Under the pieces are notes generated by a model, which saw only the letters and a program-made list of their open reading frames with translations, searched no databases and had not been told where the DNA came from. Both the position numbers and the translations under genes were made by a program. Shown one piece after another: positions 41,053 through 50,800 of a stretch of 64,000 nt of DNA (the stretch's first letter is position 1; each line of letters begins with the position of its first letter). The DNA comes from Diplonema japonicum (taxonomy: Eukaryota; Protista; Euglenozoa: Diplonemea): the NCBI GenBank assembly GCA_964019335.1, contig OZ025654.1:620001-684000 (forward strand), written 5' to 3'.

Positions 41053-42207
41053 TTAATAACCCGACAACGAATTGCACCTGGAGTGCACAATACCGACACC
41101 CAGTTCATCATATTCATTCTTGGAGATCCACTGGTCCTGAAAGGTACCAAGCGAAGCAAGGATCGCACCACCCATCCAAACTGTGTATTTTCGAATATTC
41201 CTGCCCTCCGCCGACGAGTCCGACACCACTTTGATACTCTCTCTGGCGTTGGGGGGAATCTTCGGGTGACGGGCAAGCTCGGCAGTGAGACGCGGCTCCA
41301 TATTTTTGAAGAGCGTCGTACCTCCAGACAGAACGATGTTACTCAGCAAAGTCTTTCTGCAGTCGATGGGGCAGTCCCAAATGGATCTCTGTATAACGTC
41401 TGGAAGCGATTCTGCTTCAGAATCCATCAATTTTGGGTCAAATAAAGCTTCGGGGCATGCAAACTTGGACATTCCAAGGTTGAGCTCACGACCGTCAGGA
41501 AGAGTGTACTTTTCGTCAAAGGAGTCTGGATCCTCCTCCCATTTTTCAATATCTGTTTCAAAATCGTCGGATAGAAAGGTCAGCGACTCCTTGATGTCCT
41601 TTGCCCACTCCCTGTGCTTTGATGTGGTTAGTTTTACATCGTCGTTGATATCAGACAATAAACGCATCATCCATTCTGTTAAATCTCTTCCTGCGATTTC
41701 CAATCTTTTCACCGCAGACGGCATGACTCTTCCATCATATACAGGGACAGTGTGGGTTACACCGTCTCCGGAATCTATCACGATACCGTCGTTGCGGCCG
41801 GAGGCGTAGAGTGCGAGAACGGCTTGGATTTGAACGAAGAGTGCGGGGACCTCGAACTCTTCGAAGAGGATTTCAAGCATTTTTTCGCGGTTTTTCTTGG
41901 GGTTGAGCGGTGCCTCGGTCACGAGGACTGCTTGTTTTTCGGGTTCGGTATCGAGTTCTTTGTAAGCGTGCCGCCAGACCTTGGACATTCCATCCCAGTC
42001 GTTGACGATGCCGTGCTCTACCGGATATCGCAGTCTGTAGCCTTTTGCGTCGACAGCTTCTTGTCCTACTAGTACCCCATCACCTCTTATCTCCTTCCCT
42101 ACGCATGACGGGAAGACCGCAGTCGGTTCTTCCGCGCCAGCAAACCCTGCCTTCATCATGCCTGTGCCGTTGTCTAGGACAACGGCGTCTTCGTCCATCC
42201 ATGCCAT
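41053..42207 (-). CDS. Actin-related protein
   Basis: VVLDNGTGMMKAGFAG, YPVEHGIV, TEAPLNPKKNRE, DSGDGVTH, IVLSGGTT, RKYTVWMGGAILASL. Confidence 0.95.
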   Translation of the reverse strand: MAWMDEDAVVLDNGTGMMKAGFAGAEEPTAVFPSCVGKEIRGDGVLVGQEAVDAKGYRLRYPVEHGIVNDWDGMSKVWRHAYKELDTEPEKQAVLVTEAPLNPKKNREKMLEILFEEFEVPALFVQIQAVLALYASGRNDGIVIDSGDGVTHTVPVYDGRVMPSAVKRLEIAGRDLTEWMMRLLSDINDDVKLTTSKHREWAKDIKESLTFLSDDFETDIEKWEEDPDSFDEKYTLPDGRELNLGMSKFACPEALFDPKLMDSEAESLPDVIQRSIWDCPIDCRKTLLSNIVLSGGTTLFKNMEPRLTAELARHPKIPPNARESIKVVSDSSAEGRNIRKYTVWMGGAILASLGTFQDQWISKNEYDELGVGIVHSRCNSLSGY

Positions 42208-42616
42208 GCCCCCCCCCCCCCCCCCCCTGTCCTCAACCTTTTTTTTTTTTTTTTTGAGAATGGGATTTTTTTTTTGGGGGGGAAAAATAACTGAGAAAAA
42301 AAAGAAATGGGGGGGGGGAAAAAAAGGAAAGAAAAAAAAAGAGAGTAGCCCCCCGCCCCGCACTGTGTAAATTGGAAGGGAGGAATTTTAAAAAAAAAAG
42401 GTTTTTTTTTGTTATGTTCTAAGTATACCCGTGTAAAGGTAAAAAGGAATATGATGGGGGCCCCATGAGGTAAAGAAAAAAGAAAGGGAAAAAAAAAAAA
42501 AAAGCATGGGGACATCATTTCTTTTTTGTTTTTGTTTTTTGTTTTGTTGTTCTTTGGTTTGTTTTTTTTGTTTTGTTTTGTTTTGTTTTTTTGTTGCTGA
42601 GCCAAGAAAGAGAGAC

Positions 42617-42873
42617 TTAATGCTTCCCTGCAAGGTCACCACCACCTGCCAGCCCGCCTCCCAGGGAAATCTGTATTTTTTTTCCCCCTCCCTTTTCTTT
42701 TTTTTTTTTTTTTGGTCTACCTTATGTTCGATGTTGGAGTTGAGAGATTTAATTCCAGCTTCGAGCTGGTGGTTTTCATCTGCCAAGGCTTTCTTACGGC
42801 TTTCTAAAGGTCCGAAAAACTGCCCTAAGGGGGCAAGAATCGTGTCGGGGAGCTTCACTGCCTGCTTGCCCAT
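42617..42873 (-). CDS. Small two-exon protein (68 aa), unknown function; exons 42873-42721 and 42670-42617
   Basis: ATG after A-tract; 50-nt intron GTAGAC-A-tract-ATACAG; spliced product ends ...IEHKISLGGGLAGGGDLAGKH*. Confidence 0.6.
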
Positions 42874-43470
42874 TTTTATTTATTCCTTCTCTGGTCTTAG
42901 AATACTACTGCGGGTAGGGTTTCAAGGAAAGGCATACCAAAAAAAAAAACGGAAAGAGAAGGAAAACAGAGATAGAGAAATACAAGAAAAACAATGAGAC
43001 CCCAAAAGGAAGCAATTGGGTGTGATTCATAAAACGTGGCCTCTAGCCAGTGGTGCGCTTGGTGCATCTGACTCAGAAAAAGAAAAAGAGTGGGTGAAAG
43101 AAAAAAAAGAAAAGAACGGAAAGCAGAAAGAATCATAAAAGCTATCTTGGCGGAATAATGTGAGCTGCAAGGAAGTCTTTTGTGTTTCTTGCAGAGAAAA
43201 AAAAAGGAGAACAAATGGCGTGCTAGTGGACGACCGAAAAGGAAGAAGAAAAAAAAAAAAAATACAGCTTGTCATTTTTTTTTCCTTTTCTTTTTTTTTT
43301 GGGGGGGTTTTTTTTTCGCTCGAGATAAAGTGAAACTAAATTCCTTTGCTCGGCACACACACAAAAAAAAAAAAAAAGGATAACAAGCCAGTTATAAAAA
43401 GCAATATCGTGAACGGAAGCTCGCGAAAGAGGGATAAAAAAAAAGGGGGGAACTTGGACCAAAGTCTGCC

Positions 43471-43680
43471 TCAGGAAGCATTTTTAATCGGCAACGTTGC
43501 ACCCGGCACCACCTTCAACGCCTCATGCATCAGATACAGGTCCTGCCGCACAGGAGGGGGCACCATCATGGCAGGATCAGGATGCTGGTGTTTCTTGCCC
43601 ATTTCAATGATCACATTCATCTCATATATCATAACCCCTACTGTGGCGAGGAATGCGACTCCTGCGGTGCCGGAAGACAT
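43471..43680 (-). CDS. Small single-TM protein (69 aa), unknown function
   Basis: GC-rich coding-like island between homopolymer tracts; MSSGTAGVAFLATVGVMIY... Confidence 0.55.
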   Translation of the reverse strand: MSSGTAGVAFLATVGVMIYEMNVIIEMGKKHQHPDPAMMVPPPVRQDLYLMHEALKVVPGATLPIKNAS

Positions 43681-43876
43681 CTTCTTTTTTTTCTCCCCCC
43701 CCTTTTCCCCCCCTCCTTTTTTTTTTTTTTTTTTACGATAATTAATGGGGGGGAAAAAAATGGTGGGGTTTTTTTTTTCTTCCCAGAACACTTTGGAGGA
43801 AACGTTGGGGGGGGGGGGGGGGGTATGTGGGCTTACAAATAGGGGAAAACAGGGGGGGGGGGGGGAAGGGAAACAT

Positions 43877-44045
43877 CTACGGCCTCGGAGAAATGATGCT
43901 GCGCATAGACTTGACAGAATCCATGACAGCCAACCACTGCTGCAAGTTAATTGCTTGTTCGCCGCCGCTTGCTGCAGTAATGTATGACTCAATCCTTGAA
44001 CGCATGTCCTCAGCGTTCTCGCCCAGCTGACGGGCGACCTCCACT

Positions 44046-44084
<39 letters not shown>

Positions 44085-44443
44085 ACAATTGTAATGCATA
44101 CCCATATTGTCGACGGTGATTGTGTCAGACTTGTCAAGATCGAAGAGCTTGAAAGCCCTTTTAGCCTCTTCCTCACTATCCTTTGCCGCGGTGCGGTCCA
44201 CCATCATTTTCTCGAACTCATCATAGCTGTTTTTTTTTCTTTTTTTTTTTTTCTTTAAAGATACTTAATCTTTGCGTCCCCATCCTTGTCGATCGCCGTC
44301 ATCATATCCAGAACTTCGGAGTCCTCCAGCTGCCACCCCAACGACAGCATTGCCAGCTTCATCTCCTGCTGATCGATCTCACCGCTTCCGTCTGAGTCGA
44401 AAAGACGAAAGGACTCCTTAATGTGCTCCATGGAAAGTGTCAT
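43877..44443 (-). CDS. Centrin/calmodulin-like EF-hand protein; three exons (44443-44265, 44226-44102, 44043-43877)
   Basis: EF hands FDSDGSGEIDQQE, IDKDGDAKINYDE (formed on splicing), FDLDKSDTITVDN; introns 44227-44264 and 44044-44101 keep the frame. Confidence 0.9.
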
Positions 44444-44871
44444 TTTTTCTTCTCTTTTTTCTCTCACCTTTTTTTCTTCAATTTTTTATTTTTTTCTTTC
44501 TATTTTGTTGTCACTTTCTTCTTCTTTCTTTTTCTTTTTTGAATTCTCGCTTTTTTTTTTTTCGCTTGTTCTGACCTGCTCTGCATCTTTGCTATTTCCG
44601 AGAGCTGGCCTTATCTGAGCGGCTGCTGCAATTTCCCATTGACGAAAAAAAACTTTTTCTCTTACACCCTTTAACTGGAATCACCCCCACCCACATCAAC
44701 CATATTGACGTTGCCGTGAGGCGGGTAAGCAGGGGTAAACGGACAAGCTGCCTCTTTTTTTGCAGTAACGGAAACAGAAAAAAGACTGAATTCGAAACAA
44801 AACGGAAGAAGGAAAAAAAAAGGTAGAAACCTCTCAGAAAGAAAAGAACTGGAAAAGACGGTCAGTCCATG

Positions 44872-47800
44872 TCACCCCACTCTTCGGAACAAACACTCCC
44901 TTCCCCACGATGGCGCGCTGTTCACGCAAGCTCTGCAGCTTTCTTCGTTATAAGGGACACGAGCGATGGAGCAGTCGGAAGGGAGGCCGAGTGTCTTACG
45001 ACTTTCTTCACATGTAAGGAGGCCCTCGCAGCTTAGCCCACGCCTCCCGGAAGCACACTCTGAAAGGGTCGTTCCCACAAAACGCCCTGTAGTCTCGACA
45101 CAGGTGTGTGTATCTGGTGAGAGCTCTCCCTCGTGGCACACGTAAGGGTAGCAGAAGCCCGTAGCTGAGCAGGTTCTGTACGGTTGCACTTTGCATGTTC
45201 CCGACTTGCACACCAGCATGTCGTCAAGGTAGGCTTCAGATTTAGCGTAGAACGTGGCGGAGTGCAATGTGTCGGAGTGCGTAGGGAGGCATGCGCTGCA
45301 TGTCTGTAGAGCTGCCCCATCGACCCACACAAGGGGTGTGCTTCCATTGAACCCCACATCTACTTGGTGCCATTCGTTGGGTTCGAACTGTTTCTTGCTG
45401 TCTAGTTTTACCCCCCCGCACGTTACCCCCCACACCATGCCCCCTCCCACTGTGATGTTCCCGACAAGGCCTTCGCTGCTGCTCCACATCCCCAGCGTCA
45501 CGTAGCTGTCCTCCCATCCTGTCTTCCGCATTTTGAACCTCACGTGTCTCCCAGGTACACTGCCCCCCCATTTCGCCTCAGAGCCGTCATCTCCTTTCAG
45601 TGCTGGGTTCCCGTCCACCAGCTTGTACCCCAGGGACCCGTTCACAGAGTACCATGCACTGCGCCAGTTGAACATTTCTTGCCACACAGTGTCGCCCTCT
45701 AACGGCAGCGGCTCAGCCGTCATGGCCGTCTCGCACAGCGTGCCTGACGTGGTGTGCGACATGCTGCTGCTCGCACTGAATGTAGCTGACTCACTTGCAC
45801 TAAACGTGTCTGTGTCGGTGGCACTAGTTGTCAGGGTCTTGGTCTCCGTCAGAGATCTTGTTAGCAACGTCAAGGTCTCGGAAGCGGTGAGGGTTCCTGT
45901 CCTCAGTGAGGCCGTCCTAGTCGGGACCGTGAGAGATACTGTGCTCGTCTCTGTGTGAGTCTCAGTCAGAGTGGCGCTTGCTGTGCCCGTCAGGGTGGTC
46001 GTATCGGTGACTGTGGGGATGGTTGCCGTTCCTGTCAGCGTAGAGGACGCAGTGATCAAACTCACAGTGAAGGTGTCAGAAAGCGTGCCAAGAGTCAATG
46101 TTGCGGAGGCGGTCTCCGACAGCGTGGGCAGCGTCATGGATCTCGTCTCCGTGTGCGTCTCCGAGAGCGACTCTGTCCGTGTCGGCAGCGTTAGCGACAC
46201 TGTGTGGGTTTCCGTGAGCGATTGGGTCTCCGTCCCTGTGGGCAGTGTCACCGTCTGCGTTATTGTCCCTGTTGGGAAGGTCAAACTGAAAGTTGCACTT
46301 CCCGTCGGGATTGTCATGGTCTCAGTCATAGTGGAGGTGGGCAGTGTCACAGAGAAGGTTGATGTTCCCGTTGGGAGCGTCAAAGTGAATGTTTGGGTCC
46401 CGGTGGGCAGCGTAAGGGAATACGTGGCGGTCCCTGTGGGCATTGTCAGGGTGAAGGTCTCTGTCCCAGTAGGAAGCGTCAGGGTTTCTGTCGCCGTGCT
46501 TGTTGGAAGTGTCAGAGTCTCCGTCGCAGTTCCAGTAGGAAGCGTGAAAGTCTCAGTTGCAGTCCCTGTGGGAAGTGTCATAGAGAAGGTTTGAGTCCCG
46601 GTAGGAAGCGTGAATGTGAGAGTGTTTGTCCCAGTGGGCATCGTCATGGAAGTTGTTTCAGTGCCTGTGGGGAGTGTCAGCGAGAAGGTGGCCGACCCTG
46701 TGGGGATGGACATCGTGTAAGAAGCTGTGCCAGTCGGGAAGGTCAGCGTGAGCGATGCGGTGCCAGTAGGCAGCGACAGCGTCATTGTTTCCGTCCCTGT
46801 TGGCAGTGTGAAGGTCTCGCTGGCTGTCTCGGTAGGAAGAGTGAAAGTGTGGGTTTCGGTGCTTGTTGGCAACGTCAGTGTCTCAGTCACAGTTGAGGTA
46901 GGCAACGTCAATGTCAAGGTCTCCGTTCTCGTAGGGAGGGAAAAGGTTACCGTCTCCGTTCCAGTAGGAAGCGTAAATGTTTCCGTTGCTGTTTCTGTTG
47001 GGAGTGTAAAAGTGTGAGTCTCTGTGCTTGTCGGCAGCGTTAGTGTCAAAGTTTCAGTTCCGGTGGGTAACGTCAGCGTCCAGGTCTCTGTACTTGTCGG
47101 GAGGGTAAAGGTGACTGTCTCTGTACCAGTGGGCAGCGTGAACGTTTCCGTCGCTGTGCTGGTGGGAAGTGTCAGTGTCTCAGTCACAGTTGACGTAGGC
47201 AAGGTAAGTGTCAATGTCTCTGTGCCCGTCGGGAGGGAAAGTGTAATAGTCTCTGTTCCAGTTGGCAGTGTGAAAGTTTCAGTTGCTGTCCCGGTGGGAA
47301 GAGTGAAAGTGTGGGTTTCAGTACTTGTTGGCAATGTCAGTGTCTCAGTCGCAGTTGCGGTAGGAAGGGTTAATGTTAAAGTCTCTGTACCAGTGGGCAA
47401 CGAGAAAGTCACTGTCTCAGTCCCAGTGGGCAGCGTGAAGGTCTCTGTTGCGGTGCTTGTGGGAAGCGTCAAAGTGACCGTAGCCGTGCTGGTGGGCAAG
47501 GTAAGCGTAACCGTCGCTGTTCCCGTTGGGAGAGACAGAGTTAGTGTCTCTGTTCCAGTGGGTAGCGTATAGGTTTCAGTTGCTGTCCCGGTGGGGAGAG
47601 TGAAAGTGTGGGTTTCGGTGCTTGTCGGTAGCGTTAGTGTCTCAGTCGCAGTTGAGGTGGGCAAAGTCAACGTCCAAGTCACTGTGCCTGTTGGGAGGGA
47701 CAGGGTGATAGTCTCAGTCCCAGTGGGCAGCGTGAAGGTTTCCGTTGCCGTTCCGGTAGGAAGAGTGAAAGTGTGGGTTTCGGTGCTTGTTGGCAGCGTT

Positions 47801-50800
47801 AACGTCTCCGTCGCAGTTGAGGTGGGCAGCGTCAGTGTCAAAGTCTCCGTGCCAGTGGGCAATGTGAACGTAATGGTCTCTGTACCAGTAGGTAATGTCA
47901 ACGTCTCTGTGGCAGTGCTCGTGGGAAGCGTGATAGTTAAAGTTGCTGTACTCGTAGGTAAGGTCAATGTCAACGTCTCCGTGCCTGTTGGGAGAGACAG
48001 AGTCACTGTTTCCGTTCCAGTAGGAAGAGTAAAAGTCTCGGTCGCTGTCCCGGTGGGAAGAGTGAAAGTGTGGGTTTCGGTGCTTGTTGGCAGCGTTAAC
48101 GTCTCAGTCGCAGTTGAGGTGGGCAGCGTCAGTGTCAAAGTCTCCGTGCCAGTGGGCAATGTGAACGTAATGGTCTCTGTACCAGTAGGTAATGTCAACG
48201 TCTCTGTGGCAGTGCTCGTGGGAAGCGTGATAGTTAAAGTTGCTGTACTCGTAGGTAAGGTCAATGTCAACGTCTCCGTGCCTGTTGGGAGAGACAGAGT
48301 CACCGTTTCCGTTCCAGTAGGAAGAGTAAAAGTCTCGGTCGCTGTCCCGGTGGGAAGAGTGAAAGTGTGGGTTTCGGTGCTTGTTGGCAGCGTTAACGTC
48401 TCAGTCGCAGTTGAGGTGGGCAGCGTCAGTGTCAAAGTCTCCGTGCCAGTGGGCAATGTGAACGTAATGGTCTCTGTACCAGTAGGTAATGTCAACGTTT
48501 CTGTTGCAGTGCTCGTGGGAAGCGTGATAGTTAAAGTTGCCGTACTCGTAGGTAAGGTCAATGTCAACGTCTCCGTGCCTGTTGGGAGAGACAGAGTCAC
48601 CGTTTCTGTTCCAGTAGGAAGCGTAAAGGTCTCGGTCGCTGTCCCGGTGGGAAGAGTGAAAGTATGGGTCTCTGTTGCAGTGGGCAATGTCAGTGTCTCA
48701 GTCGCAGTTGAAGTGGGCAACGTCAGTGTTTGAGTCTCTGTACCAGTGGGCAACGTGAAAGTCACTGTCTCAGTCCCAGTGGGCAGCGTGAAGGTCTCTG
48801 TTGCGGTGCTTGTGGGAAGCGTCAAAGTGACCGTAGCCGTGCTGGTGGGCAAGGTAAGCGTAACCGTCGCTGTTCCCGTTGGGAGAGACAGAGTTAGTGT
48901 CTCTGTTCCAGTGGGTAGCGTAAAGGTTTCAGTTGCTGTCCCGGTGGGAAGAGTGAAAGTGTGGGTTTCGGTGCTTGTTGGCAATGTCAGTGTCTCAGTC
49001 GCAGTTGAGGTAGGAAGGGTTAATGTTAAAGTCGCTGTACCAGTGGGCAACGTCAGTGTGACAGTCTCCGTCCCCGTAGGTAGTGTTAAGGTCTCTGTTG
49101 CGGAGCTTGTGGGAAGTGTCATGGATAGTGTTGCAGTTCCCGTGGGCATCGTTAATGTGAAGGTCTCAGAGCGAGTGGGCAGGGAAAGAGTAATGGTTTC
49201 AGTTTTGGTTGGCAGTGTGAGGGTCTCGGTCGCTGTCCCAGTGGGAAGTGTGACCGTGACAGTAGCAGTGCTTGTTGGAAGCGTCAGTGTTTCTGTTGCA
49301 GTTGAAGTGCGCAAAGACAGGGTTAAAGTCTCTGTGCCTGTTGGTAGGGTTAGAGTAACGGTCTCTGTTGTAGTAGGCAGTGTTAAAGTCTCTGTGTCTG
49401 TAGCCGTAGGGAGAGATATCGTCAGGGTCTCAGTTCCGGTAGGCAAGGTAATGGTTTGTGTTGCCGTTGCTGTGGGCAATGTCAGCGTAAGAGTTGCAGT
49501 TCCAGTCGGGAGAGTAAGGGTTTCTGTCGCTGTTCCAGTAGGCAACGTAAAAGTGATGGTATCTGTGACCGTAGGTAGTGTAAGGGTTTCCGTGGCTGTA
49601 CTAGTTGGCAGAGTTAGTGTGACTGTTTCTGTTCCAGTAGGGAGCGAAAGGGTGACCGTCTCCGTGGCAGTAGGAAGAGTGATGGTTTCTGTCACAGTGC
49701 TCGTCGGAAGCGTAAGGGTCTCTGAAACAGTGGTTGTGGGTAGGGTTAACGTTAACGTTTCGGTCCCTGTGGGCAACGACAGAGTGACAGTCTCAGTTCC
49801 TGTTGGTAGTGAAAGAGTAACAGTTTCTGTTGCTGTGGGCAGCGAAATAGTTATAGTCTCTGTGCTTGTTGGCAATGAGAACGTAATAGATTCAGTCCCA
49901 GTCGGCAAGGAGTATGTCACCGTAGCTGTGCTCGTCGGAAGTGACAGGGTTACTGTCTCCGTTCCTGTAGGCAGAGTGAAGGTTTCTGTCAATGTTGCTG
50001 TGGGAAGTGTCACAGTCAACGTTGCAGTCCCCGTTGGAAGCGACAGTGTCAAGGTCTCAGTCGCTGTCGGGAGAGTTAATGTGAGTGTCGCTGTCGCAGT
50101 CGGTAATGTAAAGGAAATAGTGTGCGTTGCAGTCGGAAGGGTAAAAGTCAGTGTCTCGGTGCTTGTCGGTAGCGTTAAAGTCTCAGATACCGTGGCTGTA
50201 GGAAGAGTCAGTGTTAAAGTCTCCGTCCCCGTGGGTAACGACAGAGTGAGTGTGCTTGTCCCGGTGGGTAGTGACACAGTATGCGTTTCTGTTCCAGTTG
50301 GCAGGGTAAAAGTCAGTGATTCTGTTTCTGTTGGGAGTGTAAAGGTCTCCGTCACAGTTGCAGTCGGAAGAGTCAAAGTGAGAGACGCTGTCTCTGTGGG
50401 TAGAGTCAGCGTCAAGGAATCTGTGCTAGTGGGCAGCGTGACCGTCAATGTTGCGGTCCCTGTCGGGAGCGTGAATGTCTCCGTCGCGGTTGCTGTCGGA
50501 AGCGTCGCAGTTAGGGTCTCAGTTGTGGTGGGAAGCGAGACTGTCAACGTCGCAGTCCCCGTAGGTAAGGTGAAGGTAGAAGAAGCTGTACCTGTGGGGA
50601 GAGTCACGGTTTCGGTTGCAGTTGCTGTTGGCAACGTAAGCGTCTCTGTCGCCGTGACAGTGGGTAGAGTCAGGGTCCCAGTCACTGTACTCGTAGGAAG
50701 CGTTAGTGTCGTCGTCGCGGTGGAGGTCGGCAGGGTGAAGGTGACGGTCTCCGTGGCTGACGGCAGCGTGAATGAAATTGTCCCCGTCGTCGTCGGTAGC

